NCBI GenBank assembly: GCA_021776115.1
Contig: JAJFGN010000068.1
Span: 665 to 64,664, forward strand
DNA from: Kiloniellaceae bacterium
GTDB lineage: Bacteria; Pseudomonadota; Alphaproteobacteria; Kiloniellales; J153
Length of the DNA: 64,000 nt
Direction: 5' to 3'
Both the position numbers and the translations under genes were made by a program. Within the stretch, counting starts at the first letter, position 1. The number at the start of each line of letters is the position of its first letter. The notes beneath the pieces were generated by a model, which did no database searches, was not told the origin of the DNA, and worked only from the letters and a program-made list of their open reading frames with translations. This document shows positions 45,700 through 53,404 of this stretch, in pieces.

Positions 45700-46440
45700 C
45701 TATGCTCTTGATATTGTGGTTCGGCCGCGATCGCCCATGTGCGCGTTGATCGCGGTGATTTCGGGGTGTTTGGCTATCACAGCCATGACCGCGTCGTATC
45801 CGGCGATGGCCGGGCCTGCCGGGAGGTGGGTAAACACCGTGCGAAAAAACTCCATATCCTCTGGAAAATCGAGAGTCCAGCGCATGAATTCCGTCTCGCC
45901 TCCCGGGCCGGGCAGGGCGGCGCGCTTGACCCCGGGCTGGGTACGTAGCCACGGAGTGACGTGTTCGCGCTCGTAGCAATCATTGGACTGCTGTGCCGCA
46001 CGGTCCAAGGCGCTGCGCGTGAACGCCTCGCAGTCGAGACCATGAGGCCAGGCGGGCGGCATGTTGTTGCATGCATAGTCGGCACCCTCCGCTGCGAGCA
46101 AATCCAAGACCCGGGCATTGATGTCCGGGTCACTCAATGGGCAATCGGAGGTGACGCGCATGATGATCGTAGCGCCGATAGCATCGGCAGCAACCTTGAA
46201 CCTGCCGAGTACATCGGTTTCGGAACCGCGCACCACCGTGGCGCCGCAGCGTTCCGCTTCCCGGGCGACACCGTCGGAGTCCTCGGTGTTCGGAATGGCG
46301 CAGCACACGTTGTCAATACCTCGAGTGACGCGACATCGCTCGATCACATGCGACAGCACGCTTCGGTCCGCAAGGTCTTTCAGCACTTTGCCGGGTAAAC
46401 GAGTGGATCCAAATCGCGCCTGTATGATGGCGGCCTGCAA
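45700..46440 (-). CDS. Cytidylyltransferase of the SpsF/COG1861 type (CMP-pseudaminic acid synthetase candidate)
   Basis: (M)QAAIIQARFGSTRLPGKVL, RVTSDCPL and RWTLDFPEDMEFF. Start moved from 46584 to TTG 46440, preceded by AGGA, which removes a 134-nt overlap with the upstream gene. Confidence 0.7.
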   Translation of the reverse strand: MQAAIIQARFGSTRLPGKVLKDLADRSVLSHVIERCRVTRGIDNVCCAIPNTEDSDGVAREAERCGATVVRGSETDVLGRFKVAADAIGATIIMRVTSDCPLSDPDINARVLDLLAAEGADYACNNMPPAWPHGLDCEAFTRSALDRAAQQSNDCYEREHVTPWLRTQPGVKRAALPGPGGETEFMRWTLDFPEDMEFFRTVFTHLPAGPAIAGYDAVMAVIAKHPEITAINAHMGDRGRTTISRA

Positions 46441-46450
46441 TGAGCCTATC

Positions 46451-47206
46451 CTAAATTCGCGTGGCAAAACCTTGTTCGCGCAGATACAGCTTGGCTTCGC
46501 ACGGCGTCTGCTCCGTGAAATGGAACATACTCGCTGCGGCCAGGGCCGATGCGCCGGCACGCAAGGCTTCCGCCATGTGCGCATAGTTACCAGCGCCGCC
46601 CGATGCGATTACCGGAATCGAAACCGCTTCCGCAACCTGCGAAATCAGGTCGACGTCATAGCCTTGCATCGTGCCATCCCTGTCCACCGAAGTGATGAGG
46701 ATCTCGCCGGCACCTAACGATTCGACACGCTGCGCCAGCGCGATCGGGCCAAGGCCGGTCGGCTGCGTGCCCGATTCAACGTAAACTTCGTAGCTCTCCT
46801 GGCCGTTTTTTTTGACATCGATCGACACCACCACGCATTGGCTTCCGAACTGTTTGGCAATCTCGCCGATTAGCTGCGGGCGACTCACCGCGGCTGTGTT
46901 CACGACAATTTTGTCGGCACCGACCTGGAGCAATTTACGCACATCGTCAAGGTTGCGGATGCCTCCGCCCACGGCGAGCGGCATGAAGCATTCGTCCGCC
47001 AAATCGTCGATGAGGTCGAAATCGGGGGCGCGCCCCTCGCGCGTCGCGGCGATATCTAGGAAGACCAGTTCGTCGACTTCGCGCATGTTGTAAACTTTCA
47101 CCGCCTGCATGGCGCTGCCGACCCGGCGCCAAGAGTCAAATCCGGCACCTTTGACAAGCGTCGTGTCCTTGTAGAGCAGTGTCGGCATGATTCGAGTCTT
47201 GAGCAT
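46451..47206 (-). CDS. HisF-like cyclase subunit (imidazole-glycerol-phosphate-synthase-like, glycan-cluster paralog)
   Basis: RIMPTLLYKDTTLVKG, DELVFLDI, PLAVGGGIRNLDDV and IPVIASGGAG. Confidence 0.85.
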   Translation of the reverse strand: MLKTRIMPTLLYKDTTLVKGAGFDSWRRVGSAMQAVKVYNMREVDELVFLDIAATREGRAPDFDLIDDLADECFMPLAVGGGIRNLDDVRKLLQVGADKIVVNTAAVSRPQLIGEIAKQFGSQCVVVSIDVKKNGQESYEVYVESGTQPTGLGPIALAQRVESLGAGEILITSVDRDGTMQGYDVDLISQVAEAVSIPVIASGGAGNYAHMAEALRAGASALAAASMFHFTEQTPCEAKLYLREQGFATRI

Positions 47207-47213
47207 CGAGACG

Positions 47214-47828
47214 TCACAACGCCAGGAAGTTTTGAATCAAACGAAAACCGGGCTTTTGGCTTTTCTCCGGGTGGAACTGGACGCCCATGATGTTCTTGTC
47301 CGCGACCACCGAAGTGAAACCGCCGCAGTACGGCGTTGTTCCGGCGACAAGGCGTGGGGCGCATTGGACGTAGTAGCTGTGGACGAAGTAGAAGTCGGCG
47401 CCAGGGCGTATCCCCTCGAAGATTGGCATGCCCTCAATCGCATTGACTTCGTTCCACCCGACGTGAGGAATGCGCTCTTCGGGCAATTGCGGCTTCATTT
47501 TCATGACCTTGGCGTTGATCCAGCCAAGTCCCTCAGCCTCTCCGCTTTCCTCCCCGCCTTGTGCAATCAGGTGCATGCCGAGACAGATACCCAGAAATGG
47601 AATCCCACGCTCGACGACACATTGTGAGAGCGCATCAGACATCCCGCTCTTGCGAAGGTTATTCATGGCTTCGCTAAATGCGCCGACCCCGGGCAGAACA
47701 ACTTTCGACGCCTGCCGCAAGGCCTTCGGATCGGCAGTGACAAATGGGTCGCCGCCGCAGTCTTCGATCGCTCGGGCGATCGAGTCCAGGTTACAGAGGC
47801 CATAGTCAATGATAACCGTTCGGGTCAC
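47214..47828 (-). CDS. HisH-like glutamine amidotransferase subunit (glycan-cluster paralog)
   Basis: VIIDYGLCNLDSIARAI, LPGVGAF, FLGICLGMHL (nucleophile Cys) and GVQFHPEKS. GTGA overlap at 47825-47828. Confidence 0.85.
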   Translation of the reverse strand: MTRTVIIDYGLCNLDSIARAIEDCGGDPFVTADPKALRQASKVVLPGVGAFSEAMNNLRKSGMSDALSQCVVERGIPFLGICLGMHLIAQGGEESGEAEGLGWINAKVMKMKPQLPEERIPHVGWNEVNAIEGMPIFEGIRPGADFYFVHSYYVQCAPRLVAGTTPYCGGFTSVVADKNIMGVQFHPEKSQKPGFRLIQNFLAL

Positions 47829-48985
47829 GGATTATCGTCGTTGAGTTTCATCAGATTCTCGCGAGCGTCCTTGATCAGCTTGCCGTCGTTGGCACAGCGA
47901 AACAGCTTTTTGTTGGTGAAGCGGTCGCAGATCTTAATGAACTCGTCGAGGGGCATGTCGATTTCGCCAAGAATTTCTTCGATACGGCGCCCCAAACAGC
48001 TCCAGGGAAACTTGCCGTCGTGAATTTGGACGAGCTGCAAAGCATCGGCGCGTGACAGCCTGCCCCGCCGAATGTGGTTGCAAGAGATGTCGGTAGCGCG
48101 GCCGAAGCCGAATTTCAGGTACTTGAAATAGTCGTGAATGCCGGTCTGGTAGTTGTCAAGATTCTCGTAGTTTGCGATGGATCCTTCCACAGGGTGCGGA
48201 AAGGTTTCGAACCCATGTCCCTGCGCTACAAGGGCATTGCTATATCCGTCCCAGGGAAAGAAGTGTCCGAGGAAAATACCAGTAACTCCAACTCGTTGGA
48301 GATCGCTGTCGCTGGGATATTGGTATTGAATCAGGTGACGCTTCTCTATTCCTTCATGCCCGATTAGGTCGGTAACCCGCATGCCTAGGAGTCCGCCGAA
48401 TTCTTCGAGCCAGCGACGATTAAGAGTCCGACTTTGCGTGGCTGCGGCGGGTCCGCCGTATTCATTCTGCGGGTTCTCACCCCAGACGATCAGCCGAATG
48501 TTGTGCTGAACGGCGATGCGCACAGGCACAGTGAATATCGCGATATGCTCCGGCCAGGATATATCCCCGACCTGCCGTAGGGCCAGTCGGTTAATCCGCC
48601 GGCGAATCCGCGGGTTCATGGTGACCTCGATGTAGTCGACACCAAGGCCCTTCAGGTTCTCTATGTTGCGCCGGCCAATATCCGACAGTGAATCCGTCAT
48701 ACCTGTGACGCACAAGGGATTTAGACCTTGCTCGAGCACCTTGATCACCTGGTAGGTGCTGTCCTTGCCGCCACTTACCGGGACTAGGCAGTCATAGTTG
48801 CTGCCGGCCTTTGAGCGATACTCGTCGACGATTTCGAGAAATTCTCGGTGGCGAATATCCCAGTTGACCTCCATGCGGTTCTGATAGGCACGACAAGCAC
48901 TGCATACGCTATCGTCATCAAATTGCAGGTCCGGCTTTGTGTCCGGATAAAGACAACGCGTGCAATAGCGGATCATGTTAGCCAT
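47825..48985 (-). CDS. N-acetyl sugar amidotransferase (PP-loop ATPase; WbuX/PseA-like)
   Basis: N-terminal Cys cluster YCTRCLYPDTKP...CSAC and the PP-loop VPVSGGKDST. Confidence 0.8.
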   Translation of the reverse strand: MANMIRYCTRCLYPDTKPDLQFDDDSVCSACRAYQNRMEVNWDIRHREFLEIVDEYRSKAGSNYDCLVPVSGGKDSTYQVIKVLEQGLNPLCVTGMTDSLSDIGRRNIENLKGLGVDYIEVTMNPRIRRRINRLALRQVGDISWPEHIAIFTVPVRIAVQHNIRLIVWGENPQNEYGGPAAATQSRTLNRRWLEEFGGLLGMRVTDLIGHEGIEKRHLIQYQYPSDSDLQRVGVTGIFLGHFFPWDGYSNALVAQGHGFETFPHPVEGSIANYENLDNYQTGIHDYFKYLKFGFGRATDISCNHIRRGRLSRADALQLVQIHDGKFPWSCLGRRIEEILGEIDMPLDEFIKICDRFTNKKLFRCANDGKLIKDARENLMKLNDDNP

Positions 48986-50204
48986 TTGGATATTTCAGAT
49001 CGAGAGCCGCTGCGAGACATTCGACAACGCGATCGGCATCGCCATCGCTCATGCTTGGGAACAGCGGCAGCGATAGGCAGCGGGCGTAGTAGGCATCGGC
49101 TCCAGGTAGGGTGGAGTCTCCGTAGCGCTGCCGATAGTATGGCTGATTATGCACTGGTATATAGTGAACTTGCGCGCCGATACCGCTTTCTTTCAGGTGA
49201 TTGATGACCGTCGCCCGCTCCACGCCTGCAGCCTCGAAGTCAATCAACACAACAAAGAGATGCCAGGCGGTTGTGCAGTTCGCCACCCGCCCGATCGGGC
49301 GAACCCGCGGGGCGAGCGGCGCCAATAGCGTGTCATAACGAGCTGCAAGTTCACGTCGCCGCGCGACGAACTTGTCCAGCTTGCCGAGTTGACTCAGCCC
49401 AAGAGCACAATTGATATCGCTGGCTCGGTAGTTGAAACCGGGTTCCAGCATCTCGTAATACCAGGGATTGGGTCCTCCATTGTGGTCGAACGCCAATTCG
49501 CGATTGAAAAATTTTTCAGGCGCGCGAGTCATCCCGTGGCTACGCAATGTGCGGAGCTTCTCGTAGAGGTCCGCGTCGTTGGTCGTCACCATGCCACCTT
49601 CGCCCATGGCAATCGTCTTAACCGGGTGAAAGGAAAAAACGGCCATGTCCGAGTGACGGCAGGACCCCACGGCAAACTGTTCGTTCCCCGCCCGATACGC
49701 CGTGCCGACGGCGTGACAGGCGTCCTCCACGATCGCCATATCGCGGTCACGGGCGATACGTGAAAGCGCCACCATGTCGACTGTCTGACCATTGAGATGC
49801 ACGGGAAACACGGCACGAGGCGTGGTAGTTAAGCCCTCCGCGGCCTCTCGCAGAGTGTCCGGCGACATCAAGCCGGTTTCCGGGTCGACATCGCAGAACG
49901 TGACTTCCCCGCCAACGTAGCGCGCGGCATTGGCTGTCGCAAGAAAAGTCATCGTTGGGACAATCACCTGGTCGCCTTCGCCAAGATCGAGGGCCAGTGC
50001 AGCAAGGTGCAGGCCCGCTGTTCCATTGGAACAGGCCACCGCATAGCGGGCACTGACCTTTTCGGCAAAGGCCGTCTCGAACTTTTCGATCGTCGGTCCG
50101 GTGGTGAGCCAGTCACTCCTAAGCACAGCAACAACTGCGGCTACGTCGTCGTCGTCAATACATTGACGGCCATATGGAAGAAACGAAGGGGGGGCTGTGT
50201 TCAA
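48978..50204 (-). CDS. pseC: UDP-4-amino-4,6-dideoxy-N-acetyl-beta-L-altrosamine transaminase (DegT/DnrJ/EryC1 family)
   Basis: FLPYGRQCIDDDDVAAVVAVLRSDWLTTGP, AVACSNGTAGLHLA and SFHPVKTIAMGEGG (PLP lysine). Start moved to TTG 50204 (TTGA overlap with the pseB stop at 50201-50203). Confidence 0.85.
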   Translation of the reverse strand: MNTAPPSFLPYGRQCIDDDDVAAVVAVLRSDWLTTGPTIEKFETAFAEKVSARYAVACSNGTAGLHLAALALDLGEGDQVIVPTMTFLATANAARYVGGEVTFCDVDPETGLMSPDTLREAAEGLTTTPRAVFPVHLNGQTVDMVALSRIARDRDMAIVEDACHAVGTAYRAGNEQFAVGSCRHSDMAVFSFHPVKTIAMGEGGMVTTNDADLYEKLRTLRSHGMTRAPEKFFNRELAFDHNGGPNPWYYEMLEPGFNYRASDINCALGLSQLGKLDKFVARRRELAARYDTLLAPLAPRVRPIGRVANCTTAWHLFVVLIDFEAAGVERATVINHLKESGIGAQVHYIPVHNQPYYRQRYGDSTLPGADAYYARCLSLPLFPSMSDGDADRVVECLAAALDLKYPNG

Positions 50205-51226
50205 ACAGTTGTTTCCTGCAACAGCTTCGCCAGAGCAATATCGTCCAGCCATTCGTCGTTCGTATTCGACGCATATCGAAAACCTTCGGGCACCAACGAG
50301 CAGTCTGAATAGTTATCGCTATTCCAGAATTTTAAAGCGGGCTGGATGACATAGCGGTCGGGTAGGTATCCCGTCGTTCGCGCATCATCCTCGGTGATCA
50401 TCACTTCGTGCATTTTTTCACCGGGCCGAATGCCGATTACCTTGATCGGCAAATTCGGGGCCATAACGCGAGCCATATCGGTGATTTTGGTGCTGGGGAT
50501 CTTCGGCACGAATATCTCGCCGCCGTGCATAATCGCGAGAGACGAGAGTACGAAATCGACGCCTTGGCGCAGGGTGATCCAGAATCGGGTCATGCGTTCA
50601 TCCGTGATCGGCAAGTGGTCGGCATGCTCCGCGATTAGACGGCGAAATAGAGGCACAATGCTGCCGCGCGAGCCAATGACATTGCCGTAGCGCACGACGG
50701 AGAACGCGGTGACGCCACCGCTCAGATTGTTGGCGGCAACGAAAATCTTGTCTGAGGCAAGCTTGCTGGCACCGTAAAGATTGATTGGACTTGCTGCCTT
50801 GTCTGTGGAGAGAGCCAGGACCTTGCTCACACCGCTCCGGATTGCGGCTTTTACGACGTTCTCGGCTCCCAGGACGTTTGTGTGAATGCATTCGAACGGG
50901 TTGTACTCGGCCGCCGGTACGTGTTTGAGAGCGGCGGCATGGACGACGAGATTCACGCCGCGCATGGCCATTTCCAGTCTGTCGACATCGCGCACGTCGC
51001 CGATGAAGTAGCGCATGCAGGGATGACGTGTGTCGTCGAACTCCTGCGCCATCTCGTACTGTTTCATCTCGTCGCGGGAGAAAACGATAAGCCTGGCCGG
51101 CTTGTGGTGCGACAAAACGGTTCGCACGAACGCGCGTCCAAAGGAGCCCGTTCCGCCAGTCACAAGAACTGACTTTCCGTTCAAATCGAGGTTGGCGTTG
51201 TTGAAGTCGCGAAAAGGAAACGTCAT
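50201..51226 (-). CDS. pseB: UDP-N-acetylglucosamine 4,6-dehydratase (inverting)
   Basis: LNGKSVLVTGGTGSFGRAFV, LIVFSRDEMKQYEM, GDVRD, VVHAAALKHVP and YGASKLASDK. Start moved from 51472 to ATG 51226 (MTFPFRDFNN). Confidence 0.9.
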   Translation of the reverse strand: MTFPFRDFNNANLDLNGKSVLVTGGTGSFGRAFVRTVLSHHKPARLIVFSRDEMKQYEMAQEFDDTRHPCMRYFIGDVRDVDRLEMAMRGVNLVVHAAALKHVPAAEYNPFECIHTNVLGAENVVKAAIRSGVSKVLALSTDKAASPINLYGASKLASDKIFVAANNLSGGVTAFSVVRYGNVIGSRGSIVPLFRRLIAEHADHLPITDERMTRFWITLRQGVDFVLSSLAIMHGGEIFVPKIPSTKITDMARVMAPNLPIKVIGIRPGEKMHEVMITEDDARTTGYLPDRYVIQPALKFWNSDNYSDCSLVPEGFRYASNTNDEWLDDIALAKLLQETTV

Positions 51227-52004
51227 GTCAGCTCGTCTTGAGTTCAGCTGCCGTTCCGAGTGCTGGGGTGCGTACTGTGGTGCGCAATTGCAAATGCGGC
51301 CAACCCCGTATCCCCCTGGTTTGTTCGGCGGGAGTTTCGGAGCGATAGCAGGAAAAAAATGGTGTATATCAGAATAGCTACCGCACTCTGAGTGAAATCC
51401 AAAATTTCGCCCGAGTGGTGCTCTAATAGATATCTGGCCCCCAAAATCGAGGGTGACGATCCAATATCTCAAGTATCAATAGATGGCAAGCCTATTGGTG
51501 CTAGGGCCCAGCTTGCGGCGGACACTAGCAGAAACTGGAGGAAATTACTGATAGATCCGCCCTGGATTGGAATAGAGTGGGTAGCTCACTTTATCTACCG
51601 GTTGCTCGAACTGGACCGGCCTTCTGTGTCAGCACGCCTATTGGAGTCGAACTGGATCTGCAGGAGCCGTAGATGTAGCGCGCCAGGGCGATCTCGACGC
51701 CCTGAACCGAGGATCTATAATGCCAGCGAGGGCCCCAACGGCACGTCCCGGATTTACCCCCTGGTCATCCCCTCACTCGCAAGTAGCACGCACGCCCCGC
51801 TAGGCCCCCGGGGTATTTTGCCCCTCTTCGCCCCCTTCCGCCCCCCTGTGCCGGCGGCTTTTCCGCCCGCCTGGTACCTGGGGCGTACTCTTGCGGATAT
51901 TTTGCCGGGCGAACCGAAATTGAATGACAGGGCTGCCGCGGGATGCCAATTAAACCTCTACGCCTTTTTGCCCGATGGCCAGCCCGGTTTTCAGCGCATA
52001 TTGC
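51227..52004. promoter_or_regulatory. About 780-bp divergent non-coding region between pseB and the FAD oxidoreductase; should hold the promoter(s) of the pse-led operon
   Basis: No convincing ORF in any frame. Contains an AT-richer stretch (about 51340-51620), a 10-bp direct repeat (51606-51615 / 51647-51656) and a C-run tract (51795-51846). No -35/-10 elements assigned. Confidence 0.4.
51606..51656. repeat. Direct repeat TCGAACTGGA x2, 41 bp start-to-start
   Basis: Exact 10-mers at 51606-51615 and 51647-51656 (GCTCGAACTGGACC / AGTCGAACTGGATC). Confidence 0.8.
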
Positions 52005-53117
52005 ATGACAGATATAGTTGATTGCGTTGTTGTGGGGGCCGGTGTTGTGGGCTTGGCCGTTGCCCGGCAATTGGCGCGCGATGGCCGCGATGTCTTGGTC
52101 ATTGAAGCGGAAGACAGCATCGGCACGCAGACGAGCTCGCGCAATTCCGAGGTTATCCATGCCGGGATCTACTATCAGCCGGGTTCGTTGAAGGCGAGGT
52201 TTTGCCGGCGCGGCCGGGACCTGCTCTACGCCTTTTGCGACGACTATCATGTCGGATATCGCCGCTGTGGGAAGCTAATCGTCGTCACGGCGCCGGAGCA
52301 ACTCGACACGCTGCGGGAGTTGCTGGCGCGCGGCGAGGCCAATGGTGTCGAGGACCTTTCGCTCGTCTCGCCCGAGGAGGTCCAGGCGCTGGAGCCGGAA
52401 ATCCGCTGCCTGGCCGCGCTCCACTCGCCCTCTACCGGGTTAATCGATAGCCACGCGCTCATGATTGCGCTGCAAGGCGATGCCGAGGCGCACGGCGCCA
52501 TGATCGCCTTCTCCAGCCAGGTCCGAACGGCAGTCGTCACCCCCGAGGGTTTTGCGCTACAGGTTGCTGGCGGCGAAGAAATCGAGATCGTCGCGCGCAG
52601 CCTCGTGAATTGCGCTGGACTGGGAGCGGTAGACTTGGCGAACAAGATCGTGGGGCCGGCGAAAACACACATCCCCGGCCAAAGGCTCGCCAAGGGAAAC
52701 TATTTCCGGCTGTCGGCCCGCTCACCCTTCGATCATCTGATCTATCCGGTCCCCGAACCGGGAGGCCTGGGTGTTCACGTTACCCTGGACCTGGGCGGGC
52801 AGGCGCGCTTCGGACCGGACGTGCAATGGGTTGAGGATCTCGACTATGACGTGGATGCCGGCCGGGCCGAGGCCTTCCACGATCAGATACGTAAATATTG
52901 GCCGGGGCTCGAAGCGGGAAGTCTGGTGCCCGACTACGCCGGTATTCGGCCCAAGATCGTGGTGGGCGGCAATCTCCAAATCGACTTCATGATTTGCGGC
53001 GAAGAGCAGCACGGTGTCAGCGGCCTCGTCAATTTGTTCGGCATAGAATCTCCCGGCCTAACCTCGTGCCTAGCGATCGCGGAATATGTGGGAGCCCTTG
53101 TGGCCGGCCGGCGCTAG
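52005..53117 (+). CDS. FAD-dependent oxidoreductase (L-2-hydroxyglutarate-oxidase/DAO-like)
   Basis: MTDIVDCVVVGAGVVGLAVARQLA dinucleotide-binding motif and TSSRNSEVIHAGIYY. Start moved to ATG 52005. Confidence 0.8.
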   Translation: MTDIVDCVVVGAGVVGLAVARQLARDGRDVLVIEAEDSIGTQTSSRNSEVIHAGIYYQPGSLKARFCRRGRDLLYAFCDDYHVGYRRCGKLIVVTAPEQLDTLRELLARGEANGVEDLSLVSPEEVQALEPEIRCLAALHSPSTGLIDSHALMIALQGDAEAHGAMIAFSSQVRTAVVTPEGFALQVAGGEEIEIVARSLVNCAGLGAVDLANKIVGPAKTHIPGQRLAKGNYFRLSARSPFDHLIYPVPEPGGLGVHVTLDLGGQARFGPDVQWVEDLDYDVDAGRAEAFHDQIRKYWPGLEAGSLVPDYAGIRPKIVVGGNLQIDFMICGEEQHGVSGLVNLFGIESPGLTSCLAIAEYVGALVAGRR

Positions 53118-53319
53118 CGCCGCCGCCCATTCATGGCGAGGCGGCGTCACGCCCTTCTATGCGCCAGCCCAGAAGCGGCGCGCCGGGCGCACCAGGGCCT
53201 CGGCGGCGGGCGAATGGCGCCGGCCGACCCTGAGATCCTCGAGCGAGCGCATCCGCGCCCACGGAACCATGTCATAGCCGCCTCTTACCGGCAGTCTTGC
53301 CCGCATCCACCGGCCTGAC

Positions 53320-53357
53320 GGCTCCGAGTCTTTATGGACACGGAGCCGTTCTTGTTG
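53320..53357 (+). terminator. Candidate intrinsic terminator or attenuator hairpin
   Basis: GGCTCCG (53320-53326) pairs with CGGAGCC (53341-53347) around a 14-nt loop, followed by GTTCTTGTTG. It lies about 200 nt after the oxidoreductase stop and about 50 nt before the ATP-grasp start. Confidence 0.3.
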
Positions 53358-53404
53358 GATTATCGCTCTATGAGCGCAGCCCACGTCTTCGCCGGCGGTA
53401 AATC

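Noticed and set aside
50201-51472. N-terminal extensions in the ORF track. Examples are pseB 423 aa, HAD 272 aa, MT 377 aa, greB 269 aa, EEP 472 aa, cytidylyltransferase 294 aa, and the 521-aa ORF overlapping its neighbour by 118 nt.
   Set aside because: The extensions are non-conserved-looking and overlap upstream genes. They disappear when starts are placed at NTGA overlaps or at the conserved family N-termini.
51640-51665. tRNA/tmRNA-like fragment (GGAGTCGAACTGGATC resembles the reverse complement of a T-arm), considered as a possible island integration-site remnant.
   Set aside because: Reverse-complementing the segment gives no 5-bp T-stem around TTCGACT and no acceptor stem or cloverleaf. 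No alphaproteobacterial tag-peptide reading frame is nearby, and no integrase is present. I kept it only as a direct repeat.
51392-52021. 209-aa plus-strand ORF filling the pseB/oxidoreductase intergenic gap.
   Set aside because: It has a Pro/Arg/Ala-rich low-complexity translation and no recognisable motif. It overlaps the better-supported oxidoreductase start and is typical of a spurious high-GC ORF.
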